DNA of 64,000 bases from Oscillospiraceae bacterium (GTDB lineage Bacteria > Bacillota > Clostridia > Oscillospirales > Ruminococcaceae): contig JBJEQP010000038.1 in the NCBI GenBank assembly GCA_051881815.1, positions 820 through 64,819 on the forward strand, given 5' to 3'. The notes beneath the pieces were generated by a model. The model was not told where the DNA came from. It did not search any database and saw nothing but the letters and a program-made list of their open reading frames with translations. Shown here one piece after another: positions 37,949-51,420 of the stretch. Each line of letters starts with the position of its first letter. Within the stretch, counting starts at the first letter, position 1. The position numbers were made by a program, and so were the translations under genes.

Positions 37949-37962
37949 ATTACGCATTAATT
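37949..37962 (-). repeat. single TAATGCGTAAT unit overlapping the GNAT stop codon
   Basis: ATTACGCATTAATT is the exact inverted complement of AATTAATGCGTAAT at 37835-37848. Confidence 0.85.
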
Positions 37963-38724
37963 GATGTTTTGTGCAAACATTTCCGTCCATACGGGTCTGT
38001 ATCCGGATGATTTTGCTACGTTCTGCGAAGCGATGTTTCCGCTCCATGTTCCGTAGTAGGGGATAGCTCCGTGCGCCATTATTTCGTATGTAAGCGCTTT
38101 TACGCACTCCGAGCCTATCCCAAGTCCACGGAATTCCTTCTTTACGTCAATGCCGATCTGCCAGAAACGTTCGCTGTCGCTGCTTGCGCCTGCCATTGCG
38201 ATGATATCGTTCCCGTTAAGTGCGCAGACTGCGACTTTATCGGTTCTTTTGCCCTGATCCTTATATAAAAGTGCGTTGGTGAACTCCTTATACTGATAAA
38301 GCTCCGATTTTATCTCGTTTTCTTCAAAAACTTTTAGGTTCACTCCGCTTTTGGAATGGTATTTATAGGGAATATCGGGGAGAAAGTAGATGTTTACATC
38401 GCCGATCGACTTGTTGTATTCGGCAAGCTTGCAGTTTATAAGGTACTGAACCTTTCCGCTGAACAATTCCGCTCCCGAATACTTGGAACAAAGCTGCTCA
38501 AAGAAAGGGATTAGCCTTTCATCTGCGGAGATCACTGCGTTCCTGCCCATTGTTGCCATACGGAAGAACGGAGTTTCGTCAAAGAGCGTTCTGCTGCCGA
38601 TTTTCGGCTTGTTCGGGGCAACGATATTCTCTTCTCCGGAAAAATCATTTTTATAGCAGCCGTAATCGGCGGCAAGCTGTTCGGCGGCTGCTTCTGTAAA
38701 TTCACTTTGGTACAAATATATCAT
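37957..38724 (-). CDS. GNAT-family N-acetyltransferase
   Basis: Acetyl-CoA motif 'FRGLGIGSECVKAL' near the C-terminus. Start uncertain: the ORF is open to 38757 but that stretch overlaps the typA terminator. Confidence 0.7.
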   Translation of the reverse strand: MIYLYQSEFTEAAAEQLAADYGCYKNDFSGEENIVAPNKPKIGSRTLFDETPFFRMATMGRNAVISADERLIPFFEQLCSKYSGAELFSGKVQYLINCKLAEYNKSIGDVNIYFLPDIPYKYHSKSGVNLKVFEENEIKSELYQYKEFTNALLYKDQGKRTDKVAVCALNGNDIIAMAGASSDSERFWQIGIDVKKEFRGLGIGSECVKALTYEIMAHGAIPYYGTWSGNIASQNVAKSSGYRPVWTEMFAQNIN

Positions 38725-38741
38725 CTCCCTGTATGCTTTTT

Positions 38742-38780
38742 GATAAAAACACCGCACACACGGTCGGTTGTGTGTGCGGT
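38742..38780 (-). terminator. typA terminator
   Basis: accgcacaca / tgtgtgcggt stem with a T-run on the minus strand. Confidence 0.75.
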
Positions 38781-38890
38781 AAAAACGTTGATCTGGTACA
38801 AGAAACCCATTCCTGCAATATGTTTAGGATTTGTAACGGGCGGATATAGAATCCGCCCCTACAGATCAAAAATTAATTCACGAAACACAA

Positions 38891-38910
38891 TAATTACGCA
38901 TTACGCATTA
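38891..38910 (-). repeat. TAATGCGTAATGCGTAATTA 20-mer (copy 3)
   Basis: Exact 20-mer on the minus strand, 2 nt after the typA stop. Confidence 0.9.
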
Positions 38911-38912
38911 AT

Positions 38913-40736
38913 TTACTGTCCGAGCTTCGCTCTTGTCTTTGCACGGAGAGAGTTGTCAAGTATTCTCTTTCTGATGCGGATGCTCTTCGGAGTAATTTCA
39001 AGAAGCTCGTCATCGGCGATGAATTCAAGGCTGTCTTCAAGAGAGAGGATCCTCGGCGGAATAAGGCGAAGTGCGTCGTCCGAACCGCTTGCACGGGTGT
39101 TTGTGAGGTGCTTCTTCTTGCAGACATTGATTACAAGGTCTTCTGCCTTCGGCGACTGACCAACGATCATACCCTCGTAAACGGGAACGCCTGCACCGAT
39201 GAAGAGTGTACCTCTTTCCTGTGCGTTGTAAAGACCGTAGGTGATGGATTCGCCTGTTTCAAAGCAAACGAGAGAGCCTGTGTTTCTTCTCGGGATATCG
39301 CCCTTATACGGCTGGTAGCTGTCGAAAACGCTGTTCATAACGCCTTCGCCCTTTGTGTCGGTGAGGAATTCGGACTTGTAGCCGAAAAGTCCTCTTGAAG
39401 GGATAAGGAACTCTATTCTCATTCTGCTGCCCGACGGGTGCATGGTCTGAAGCTCTGCCTTTCTGCTGCCGAGCTTTTCCATAACTGCGCCTACGCCGTC
39501 CTCGGGAACGTCGATAACAAGGCGTTCGATAGGTTCGCACATAACGCCGTCGATCTCCTTCATGAGAACCTTCGGTGTGGAAACGGAGAGCTCGTAGCCC
39601 TCACGGCGCATATTTTCGATAAGGATGGAAAGGTGCATTTCACCTCTGCCCGCAACACGGAAAGCATCTGTGTTCTCTGTTTCGGAAACACGGAGGGAAA
39701 CGTCACGGAGAGTTTCCTTGAAAAGACGCTCACGGAGCTGTCTGGAAGTAACGAATTTACCCTCGCGGCCTGCAAAGGGGCTGTCATTTACGGAGAAGGT
39801 CATCTCAACGGTAGGTTCGGAGATCTTTACGAACGGGAGCGGTTCAAATTTGGAGCTGTCGCAGAGCGTATCGCCGATAGTGATATCCTCGATACCCGAG
39901 ATCCACACGATATCGCCGACGGAAGCTTCCTGAACGGGAACCTTGTTGAGTCCTTCGATCTGGTAGATAGTGACGATCTTGCTGTTGTAGGGCTTGCGGT
40001 TCTCGTGGTAATCGCCGACTGTAACAGCTTCGTTTACTCTGATCGTACCTCTTTCAATTCTGCCGATTCCTGTTCTGCCGACATAATCATTATAGTCGAT
40101 AGAGGAAATGAGCATCTGCATCGGTCCTTCGGGGTCGCCCTCGGGAGCAGGGATATAGTTTACGATAGTTTCAAAGAGCGGAACAAGGTCGGTTCCTGCT
40201 TCATACTGGCTGAGCGAAGCTGTGCCTGCACGGCCGGAGCAGAAGAGGACGGGGCTTTCGAGCTGCTCGTCGCTTGCGTCAAGGTCGAGGAGGAGCTCGA
40301 GTATCTCGTCGCCGATCTCGTCAAGACGTGCGTCGGGACGGTCGATCTTATTAACGACAACGATGATCTTGTGACCCATTTCAAGTGCCTTCTGGAGAAC
40401 GAAACGAGTCTGCGGCATACAGCCTTCCGCTGCATCGACAAGGAGAACAACGCCGTCAACCATTTTTAGAACACGCTCAACCTCTCCGCCAAAGTCTGCG
40501 TGACCCGGAGTGTCGATGATGTTGATCTTGATGCCGTTGTAGTTTACTGCGGTGTTTTTTGCAAGGATCGTGATTCCGCGCTCACGCTCGATATCGTTTG
40601 AGTCCATTACACGGTCTGCAACTTCCTGATTTTCACGGAAAGCGCCGCCCTGCTTTAACATTTCGTCAACAAGGGTGGTTTTGCCGTGGTCAACGTGAGC
40701 AATGATCGCAACGTTTCTTAAATCTTCTCTTACCAT
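38913..40736 (-). CDS. typA: translational GTPase TypA/BipA
   Basis: '[17 protein letters not shown]', '[11 protein letters not shown]', 'NKID'. Full-length at 607 aa. Confidence 0.95.
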   Translation of the reverse strand: MVREDLRNVAIIAHVDHGKTTLVDEMLKQGGAFRENQEVADRVMDSNDIERERGITILAKNTAVNYNGIKINIIDTPGHADFGGEVERVLKMVDGVVLLVDAAEGCMPQTRFVLQKALEMGHKIIVVVNKIDRPDARLDEIGDEILELLLDLDASDEQLESPVLFCSGRAGTASLSQYEAGTDLVPLFETIVNYIPAPEGDPEGPMQMLISSIDYNDYVGRTGIGRIERGTIRVNEAVTVGDYHENRKPYNSKIVTIYQIEGLNKVPVQEASVGDIVWISGIEDITIGDTLCDSSKFEPLPFVKISEPTVEMTFSVNDSPFAGREGKFVTSRQLRERLFKETLRDVSLRVSETENTDAFRVAGRGEMHLSILIENMRREGYELSVSTPKVLMKEIDGVMCEPIERLVIDVPEDGVGAVMEKLGSRKAELQTMHPSGSRMRIEFLIPSRGLFGYKSEFLTDTKGEGVMNSVFDSYQPYKGDIPRRNTGSLVCFETGESITYGLYNAQERGTLFIGAGVPVYEGMIVGQSPKAEDLVINVCKKKHLTNTRASGSDDALRLIPPRILSLEDSLEFIADDELLEITPKSIRIRKRILDNSLRAKTRAKLGQ

Positions 40737-40874
40737 AAGAATCCCTTCCTTAATTTTGTCGGTGATTCATTCCGACAGATTTTCCTTTGATTTTCTTGAA
40801 AAAGTTGGTATTGCCTATATATTTTTAACACTACTATATATAATATATTTATTATACACAAATATATTATGGTA

Positions 40875-40904
40875 CAAAAAAACCTTGCAGACGAATCTGC
40901 AAGG
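40875..40904 (-). terminator. tRNA operon terminator
   Basis: ccttgcaga / tctgcaagg stem followed by a T-run on the minus strand. Confidence 0.7.
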
Positions 40905-40912
40905 TATTTACA

Positions 40913-40996
40913 TGGTGGAGGAGGGTGGATTCGAACCACCGAAGCCGAAGCAACAGATTTACAGTCTGCCCCCTTTGGCCACTCGGGAACTCCTCC
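40913..40996 (-). tRNA. tRNA-Tyr (GUA)
   Basis: Reverse complement GGAGGAG...CAGACTGTAAATCTG...GGTTCGAATCC...CTCCTCCACCA. Long variable arm, encoded CCA. Confidence 0.9.
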
Positions 40997-41034
40997 AAAA
41001 AAATATCTAAACAGTTTTAAAGCTGTTTAGAAAT

Positions 41035-41110
41035 TGGAGCTGGTGGACGGACTCGAACCCCCGACCTGCTGATTACAAATCAGCTGCTCTACCAACTGAG
41101 CTACACCAGC
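41035..41110 (-). tRNA. tRNA-Thr (UGU)
   Basis: Reverse complement GCTGGTGTAGCTCAGTTGGTAGAGC...CTGATTTGTAATCAG...GGTTCGAGTCC...CCAGCTCCA. Confidence 0.9.
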
Positions 41111-41240
41111 TTGAATCTGATCTTTTTTGTTATCGTTTCAAGCGACTATTACATTCTAACACAAGATGCTTTATTTGTCAATAGGAATTTGCATTATTTA
41201 CAAATCGTTCACATTCTCTGCTTTTCTGACGAAAAATGAA

Positions 41241-41317
41241 TGGTCGGGGCGACAGGACTCGAACCTGCGGCATCTTGGTCCCAAACCAAGCACTCTACCA
41301 AACTGAGTTACGCCCCG
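41241..41317 (-). tRNA. tRNA-Pro (UGG)
   Basis: Reverse complement CGGGGCGTAACTCAGTTTGGTAGAGT...CTTGGTTTGGGACCAAG...GGTTCGAGTCC...GCCCCGACCA. Confidence 0.9.
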
Positions 41318-41331
41318 AATTCAGCCTTATT

Positions 41332-41361
41332 ATTATACCGTACGGGCATACTGTTTGTCAA
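41332..41361 (-). promoter_or_regulatory. tRNA operon promoter
   Basis: Minus strand: TTGACA, 18-nt spacer, TATAAT, about 15 nt upstream of tRNA-Pro. Confidence 0.6.
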
Positions 41362-41586
41362 GGGTCAATTATCGCTAAATCCGTATGCTTTTAGTTAGCT
41401 GTTTTGTTTATTATGACATAAATCGGGCATTTTAAACATAAGCTGTGGGATTATAGGTTGTTACATTCTGTTTTTTGTTGAAGTATAATTGAGGTTAAGA
41501 TCATTTTTTTGCAAATTGCACTACAAAAACCCATTATATTTAATCATATTTTTTAGACATATTTATTAAATGCTTGTTGCAAATTT

Positions 41587-41615
41587 ATGCGTTTTATGGT
41601 ATAATACTATAAGTT
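41587..41615 (+). promoter_or_regulatory. atp operon promoter
   Basis: TTGCAA, 17-nt spacer, TGGTATAAT. Confidence 0.65.
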
Positions 41616-41637
41616 TATTATGCCGGAGGTGAAAAGT

Positions 41638-42038
41638 GTGAGGATAAAGCTGTTCAGTGCCATGATAAATAAGGAACTGTCCTTCCTTTTGCCGCGCACT
41701 TTGATATTTGACGGCATCTTATACTTAATCACGCTGCCGTTCTTCGGGTTTCGGGTGGATATGCTGCTCGGACTGCTGCTTGGAACGTTCGTTATGCTGC
41801 TCAATTTCGTGATACTCGGGATATCCTCCGAGCACGCCGTTGAAAGACAGGTCGGCGCCGCAAAAAGGCTCATGGCTTTTTCCTACATCGGCAGATTTGC
41901 GATAATGGGCTGCCTTTTCGCTTTTTGCGTACTGACAGGGTGGGCGAACGTTGTTATGGCTGCGATCCCGACTATGTATCCGCGCTGGAGCTACACTCTT
42001 GATGCGGCGGTGAAAAAACGGAAGGAGGGGAAAGATCT

Positions 42039-42042
<4 letters not shown>
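41638..42042 (+). CDS. atpI: ATP synthase protein I
   Basis: Small 4-TM protein at the head of the atp operon. GTG start behind GGAGGTG; ATG at 41620 is possible. ATGA overlap with atpB. Confidence 0.7.
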
Positions 42043-43078
<1,036 letters not shown>

Positions 43079-43116
43079 GATTAAAAGAATTTTAGAACGG
43101 GAGGCAGAATAAGCCT

Positions 43117-43617
43117 ATGTCAACTAATTTGGAATTTTTCTCAATTGATCTGACCACGATCGTAGGCACTCTGGCTAACCTTTTGATCCTGTTTCTTGTT
43201 GTCAAGCATTTTCTTTTTGACAAGGTGAACGCTATTCTTGAAGCGAGAAAGACGGAAGTCGAAAAAACATACGAGGAAGCTGACGAAAAGCTGAAAAACG
43301 CCAAGGAGCTTGAGGCTGAATACACCGAAAAGCTTGCAGGCGCAAAGGAAGAGTCGGCTGAAATAATCAAGAATGCCACCAAAAAGGCGCAGAAGCGCTC
43401 CGACGAGATCATTTCCGAGGCTCAGGACGAGGCTCGTGCGATCACGGTCAAGGCTAATGCTGACATCGAAAAGGAAAAGAAACGCGCTGTTAATCAGATA
43501 AAGGACGATATTTCCGATATTGCGATCTCGATCGCAGAAAAGGTCGTTTCTAAAGAGATCGACCCCAAGACCCACGATGAGCTTATTGACAGCTTTATCG
43601 ACGGCATCGGAGAATAA
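43117..43617 (+). CDS. atpF: F0F1 ATP synthase subunit b
   Basis: N-terminal TM plus a long charged helix; operon position. Confidence 0.9.
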   Translation: MSTNLEFFSIDLTTIVGTLANLLILFLVVKHFLFDKVNAILEARKTEVEKTYEEADEKLKNAKELEAEYTEKLAGAKEESAEIIKNATKKAQKRSDEIISEAQDEARAITVKANADIEKEKKRAVNQIKDDISDIAISIAEKVVSKEIDPKTHDELIDSFIDGIGE

Positions 43618-43637
43618 TCGGGAAAGGTCAGGTTCTT

Positions 43638-44180
43638 ATGGCAGGTTCGGTTGGAAATGTGTACTCCGAAGCTTTGTTTGAACTTGCCGCCGAGCAGAAC
43701 TGCGCAGAGGAGACCTTTAACGAGCTTATGGCTCTTAAAAAGATATGGCAGGAAACCCCCGAGGTATCAAAGCTTCTGAAATCCCCTACATTAAGTGTTG
43801 CGGAAAGGCTCGAAGCTGCTGAAAAGATCTTCAAGGGCAGAGTTTCCGACCAGATGTTCAACTTCCTTTGCGTTTTGACCGAAAAGAGCCGTGCGGATCA
43901 TCTCCCGGAGATAGCGGACTGCTACAAGGAGAGATGGTACGACAAGAGCGGAATTGCCGAAGTAACGGTGACTTCCGACAGACCTCTTTCGGACAAACAG
44001 CGGGACAAGCTTATCGACAAGCTTGAAAAGGTCTATGGCAAGAAGATCATTCTTGAAGAAAAGACCGACAGCTCCCTTATCGGCGGAATGAAGGTCAGCT
44101 ACAACGGAACGCTCCTTGACGGTACTGTAAAGAATCGTCTTGAATCGCTCCGCAAACAGATAAAGGGTACGATCGCTTAA
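43638..44180 (+). CDS. atpH: F0F1 ATP synthase subunit delta
   Basis: OSCP/delta-like sequence ('YSEALFELA', 'LIGGMKV'); operon position. Confidence 0.9.
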   Translation: MAGSVGNVYSEALFELAAEQNCAEETFNELMALKKIWQETPEVSKLLKSPTLSVAERLEAAEKIFKGRVSDQMFNFLCVLTEKSRADHLPEIADCYKERWYDKSGIAEVTVTSDRPLSDKQRDKLIDKLEKVYGKKIILEEKTDSSLIGGMKVSYNGTLLDGTVKNRLESLRKQIKGTIA

Positions 44181-44212
44181 AGATCAAAGCATTAAAATTT
44201 AAGCATAAATAA

Positions 44213-45751
<1,539 letters not shown>

Positions 45752-45791
45752 ACCGCTGACTGAAAAAAGGTAAAGAAAGGATGGATTTTGT

Positions 45792-46661
45792 ATGGCTTCG
45801 GGCAATATGAAAAGCATAAAAAGGCGTATCAAGAGCGTTGAGTCCACTCTGCAGATAACCAAAGCCATGGAAGTAGTTTCGTCCTCGAAGCTGCGAAAGG
45901 CAAAGGAAAAAGCAGACAAGGCTCGTCCGTTCTATAAAGCGCTGCATGAAACAATGTGCGAGATCCAATCCGAAAATGAGAACTTCTTTTCTCCCTTCAC
46001 CCGTAAGCAGCAGGGCGCAGGCACGGTAATGCTTGTCGTTATCGCAGGCGACCGAGGTCTTGCAGGCGGCTTTAACTCAAATATCACAAAGCTTGCAGCA
46101 GCTCGTATAAAAGAGCTTACGGAAGAGGGCAGCAAGGTCAAGGTTCTTGCTGTCGGCAAAAAATCAGCCGAATATTTCACCAAGCACGGCTATGACGTTG
46201 TACAGACCTATGTCAATGTCGGTCAGGATCTGCGCATAAACGGCGCAGCTGCCATTGCCGATGATATAGTTGTACCGTATCTTAAAGGCGAGGTCACATC
46301 GGTGGAGCTTGTTTCGACAGAGTTCGTTTCAACGCTCTCACAGGTCGCAAAGTTCAGCCCTATCCTTCCGCTCGATATTCCGAAGCAGGAAAAGAGGGTG
46401 CGTGAGCTTCCGATATATGAACCGTCGCCCGAGGCTGTTTTTAACGCCATTGTTCCCAAATATATCACAGGCGTTGTTTATTCTGCGATAGTCGAAAGCT
46501 TTGCCGCAGAGCAGGCTGCAAGAAGAAGCGCTATGGAAAACGCTTCGGACAACGCAGGAGAGATGATCTCCAATCTTTCGCTCGTTTACAACAGAGCGCG
46601 TCAGTCCGCGATCACTCAGGAGATCACGGAGATCGTCGGCGGTGCTTCCGCACAGGAATGA
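45792..46661 (+). CDS. atpG: F0F1 ATP synthase subunit gamma
   Basis: 'IKRRIKSVESTLQITKAMEVVSSSKL' and C-terminal 'RQSAITQEITEIVGGA'. Confidence 0.95.
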   Translation: MASGNMKSIKRRIKSVESTLQITKAMEVVSSSKLRKAKEKADKARPFYKALHETMCEIQSENENFFSPFTRKQQGAGTVMLVVIAGDRGLAGGFNSNITKLAAARIKELTEEGSKVKVLAVGKKSAEYFTKHGYDVVQTYVNVGQDLRINGAAAIADDIVVPYLKGEVTSVELVSTEFVSTLSQVAKFSPILPLDIPKQEKRVRELPIYEPSPEAVFNAIVPKYITGVVYSAIVESFAAEQAARRSAMENASDNAGEMISNLSLVYNRARQSAITQEITEIVGGASAQE

Positions 46662-46694
46662 CCGTCCGTTTAAACGCCCGATCGCAATTTTTGA

Positions 46695-48134
<1,440 letters not shown>

Positions 48135-48148
48135 TCGGAGGTGGAATA

Positions 48149-48556
48149 ATGGCTGCAGAGTTCAGACTCTCGATCATTACTCCCGAAAAGACGTTTTATG
48201 ACGATGAAACTTCAATGGTCATCGTCAGAACAACGGAGGGAGATATCGGTATCCTCGCAAATCATACAAGCCTTGTGGCAAGCCTTCCGTCAGGCCCCGT
48301 AAAGATCAAAAATCAGGACGGGACCTTCAGGATCGCAGCGCTTTCGTCGGGTATAATCAAGGTCGGCGGAAATAAGGTTTCGATCATCGCAAATGCTGTT
48401 GAATGGGCGGATGAAATTGATCTTGACTGGGCGAAACGCTCCGAAGCGGAAGCAAGAGAAAAGCTCCAACAGCTTGAAGATAAGCACGAGCTTGACATTG
48501 CGGAAGCAAAGCTGCGCAGAGCACTCAACAGAATCAGTGTACATTCGATGAAATAA
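48149..48556 (+). CDS. atpC: F0F1 ATP synthase subunit epsilon
   Basis: Start at 'MAAEFRLSIITPEK' behind GGAGGTGG; epsilon-like beta-sandwich plus helical tail. Confidence 0.9.
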   Translation: MAAEFRLSIITPEKTFYDDETSMVIVRTTEGDIGILANHTSLVASLPSGPVKIKNQDGTFRIAALSSGIIKVGGNKVSIIANAVEWADEIDLDWAKRSEAEAREKLQQLEDKHELDIAEAKLRRALNRISVHSMK

Positions 48557-48978
48557 AAAGCCGCAGTGCTGCGAAGCCAAGCAGCTGGTCAAGCTGAGCA
48601 CAGCTTGCGGGGTCGAGGGGCGGAGCCCTCGTCGCTTCCGCAGAAGCGAAACATCCTAAACTTTAGCGAATAATCTGCCGCAAAAGCAAAATCACTAACA
48701 AATAAAAAAGCGCAATTCACGATAAAAAGGTGAAACAGAACGTGAGAAATCATTCTGAAAACCCAAAAATCGTGAATTGCGCTTATTCTTTATTAGTGGA
48801 ACAACTATCCTTGAAGTGTAAATACACGAACAAAGAGAGTGTATTTACGCTTCAACTCAATATGAATAGCTATTCAATATGAAGTGAAAAAATGTCATAA
48901 ATGAATTTTTTGGTGTTTTTTACGGTAAAATCACAGTTCTATGCAGAAATGTTCAGCTTATGTCTGTGCAATTCGTTA

Positions 48979-49007
48979 TTGACATTTTTTTACCGATGAT
49001 TTATAAT
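48979..49007 (+). promoter_or_regulatory. promoter of chemoreceptor gene
   Basis: TTGACA, 17-nt spacer, TATAAT. Confidence 0.6.
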
Positions 49008-49033
49008 ATAAATATAATATTTGAAGCAAGGGC

Positions 49034-49084
49034 GCTCCGTAATAAAGAGACCGTTTGAACGGTTCTTTATTGACGGAGCTTTTT
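49034..49084 (+). promoter_or_regulatory. terminator-like hairpin in the 5' leader (candidate attenuator)
   Basis: About 18-bp stem gctccgtaataaagagaccg / cggttctttattgacggagc followed by TTTTT. Located between the promoter and the RBS of the chemoreceptor gene. Confidence 0.5.
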
Positions 49085-49108
49085 ATTTAATGGAAAGGCG
49101 GCGTCACA

Positions 49109-51073
49109 ATGAAAAAAACACATTCAATACAATCAAAAATAATACTTCTTGCAATTGTTCCGATGCTTTTTATCGCAATTCTTCTGCTTGGGTATGAATT
49201 TTGGGGCGGAACGACGAATATGGCAGCCGCACTTAAAAGCAGTATAAATGAAACCGCCAAAATTTCCGCACAGGCAATAACGAACCGGCTTGTAATATAC
49301 GAAACTGCGGTCAACGAAGCGGCTTCAAACGAATTGTTCACGAACGGGGATATTGACGCTGATAAAGCTGCGGCATTTCTTGAAGAGGTAAAGGAACGAA
49401 ACGGCTTTCTGCGCATAGGCTACACCGATGAAAACGGTGTGAACCAGAACGGCAGCGATTTTTCCGAAAGGCAGTATTTCAAAGACTGCCGTGAAAGCAT
49501 GGCGCCCGTTACATCCGACCCTTATTCTTCAAAGGACGGCAACGGAGCGCTGTCGGTGCTGTTTTGTGCGCCTATCGTCCGCAGCGGAGAATTCTGCGGA
49601 ATTGTTTACGGCGCAGCTGACGCAAAGCTTTTCACCGATATTATAAGCAGCGTTCTTGTAGGCGAAAACGGAATGAACTTTATTATCGACAGCACGGGAA
49701 CATTTATTGCGCACAACGATTTTTCCCATGCAAGCGAGCTTGAAAATCTTATATCCGAAGCCGAAGCGGATCCGTCCTTGTCGGAACAGGCAGCCGTTAT
49801 ATCCGAAATGCTTGAAAATGAGTCAGGCTCGCTTATTTACAACGACGGAGAAACGAAGCGTATTGCTTGCTATGTTCCGATAGAAAAGGGCAGCAGCTGG
49901 GTACTTGCGGTTACGGTAAGCTATGCGGAGTTTATGAAAAATCAGCTTATGGGACTTGCGGTACTGGCAGTATGCACCGCTGCGGTCATAGTTTTAAGCA
50001 TACTTCTGATACTTAAATACTCCGCAAGAATTGTAAAGCCCGTACAGAGCTGCACAAAGAGGATAGAGCTCCTTGCGGAAGGCGATCTGAAATCCGATAT
50101 TGAAGCCTGCACCTCAAATGATGAAACAAGAGTGCTTGTTGAATCTGCAAGACGGACGATAAAGCATCTCAACAGTATGATAAAGCATATTTCCGAAACA
50201 CTTGAGCAGATGGCGGAAGGGGATTTTACCCATGAAGCCGAGGGAAAGTTCAGAGGGGATTTTGAACCGATCAAAGCGTCGCTTAACAATATCATGATCT
50301 CGCTGCGGTCGGTGCTTGCGGATATAGACGGGGCTTCTGCGTGCGTTTCCGAAATATCGGAGCAGGTCGTTGACACTTCCCGTCATCTTGCCGAGGGCGT
50401 AAATCATCAGACTGCGCTGATAAACGAGATAAGCAGCACCTTTGAAAGCATGAAGGAAAGCGTCAAACTCAATGCCGATAATACCTCGGCTGTTCTTGAG
50501 CTTGCATTAAAGACAAAGGACGGGGTAAAAACGAGCGGCGAGCAGATGGATATGCTTCTTTCCGCTATGAAGGAAATGTCCGATTCCTCAAAGGAGATAC
50601 AGTCGATAAACGATACAATAGGCGATATTGCTTTCCAGACTCATATACTTGCGCTGAACGCTTCCATTGAAGCTGCGGCTGCAGGGGAAGCAGGTAAGGG
50701 ATTTTCCGTTGTTGCGGCAGAGGTCGGCGAGCTTGCTTCAAAATGCGGAGAAGCGGCTTCACGTACTACCTCGCTTATCGAACGAACGGTACATGCTATC
50801 TGTACAGGAATGGAGCTTGCTCAAAAGGTATCGGGTTCCTTCGGAGAGGTTGAAAAGGACACAGATGAAATGGAGAAGGACATTGCGGATGTTTCTGCTT
50901 CGTCCGAGGAACAGGCAGCCTGCATAACAAGCGTAAGCGACAAGATGGATATGATATCATCCGTAGTGGAAAGCACCTCGGCTTCGGCAGACAGAGCTGC
51001 GGAAATCAGCGAAAAGCTGAAAAATGAAGCAGAGGCTCTAAAGGATCTTGTTGCAAAATTCTCTCTGACATAA
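49109..51073 (+). CDS. methyl-accepting chemotaxis protein with double-Cache-like sensor and HAMP
   Basis: TM1, periplasmic Cache-like domain, TM2, HAMP, and signalling hairpin 'DIAFQTHILALNASIEAAAAGEAGKGFSVVAAEVGELA'. Confidence 0.85.
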   Translation: MKKTHSIQSKIILLAIVPMLFIAILLLGYEFWGGTTNMAAALKSSINETAKISAQAITNRLVIYETAVNEAASNELFTNGDIDADKAAAFLEEVKERNGFLRIGYTDENGVNQNGSDFSERQYFKDCRESMAPVTSDPYSSKDGNGALSVLFCAPIVRSGEFCGIVYGAADAKLFTDIISSVLVGENGMNFIIDSTGTFIAHNDFSHASELENLISEAEADPSLSEQAAVISEMLENESGSLIYNDGETKRIACYVPIEKGSSWVLAVTVSYAEFMKNQLMGLAVLAVCTAAVIVLSILLILKYSARIVKPVQSCTKRIELLAEGDLKSDIEACTSNDETRVLVESARRTIKHLNSMIKHISETLEQMAEGDFTHEAEGKFRGDFEPIKASLNNIMISLRSVLADIDGASACVSEISEQVVDTSRHLAEGVNHQTALINEISSTFESMKESVKLNADNTSAVLELALKTKDGVKTSGEQMDMLLSAMKEMSDSSKEIQSINDTIGDIAFQTHILALNASIEAAAAGEAGKGFSVVAAEVGELASKCGEAASRTTSLIERTVHAICTGMELAQKVSGSFGEVEKDTDEMEKDIADVSASSEEQAACITSVSDKMDMISSVVESTSASADRAAEISEKLKNEAEALKDLVAKFSLT

Positions 51074-51123
51074 ACAAGGCTGAAAAGAATCGGAAAATAT
51101 TACCCAAAAATATATAACAAACC

Positions 51124-51166
51124 GGAGCCGCTGCAGGAGCTCACATACTGCAGCGGCTCTGTTTTT
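51124..51166 (+). terminator. chemoreceptor gene terminator
   Basis: agccgctgcag / ctgcagcggct stem followed by TTTTT. Confidence 0.8.
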
Positions 51167-51420
51167 AGCAATATTTATCGACATATATTTCCAAAAAATT
51201 CATATATTTGCTTTAAAGGGATAATATATGCGATTATGTATATGTTATAATTAAAGTGTTATCATTATTTGTATATGGCTTGTTAAAAAAATATCAATAT
51301 CCGCTTTGGTATTGCAGCAATTTTTCTAAAGAAAAAGCTCTGACGGGATTTTATTTTTGAGCCGATGGGTATTGCTGCGAAAAAAGCAAAGTTTACATTA
51401 TACATACAGGAGGAAAAAAT

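Noticed and set aside
39438-40469. 343-aa plus-strand ORF, and similar long ORFs at 46338-47252, 25039-25890, 1552-2391, 37106-37870 and 10022-10705
   Set aside because: All lie antisense to confidently identified genes (typA, atpD, the histidine phosphatase, the solute-binding protein, pheT and the nuclease) and lack RBS or motifs.
40913-41317. tRNA-Pro/Thr/Tyr cluster as an integration hotspot for a genomic island
   Set aside because: There is no integrase, no duplicated tRNA 3' fragment, and housekeeping genes (typA, atp operon) lie on both sides. The 130-nt Thr-Pro spacer contains a plausible internal promoter rather than foreign DNA.
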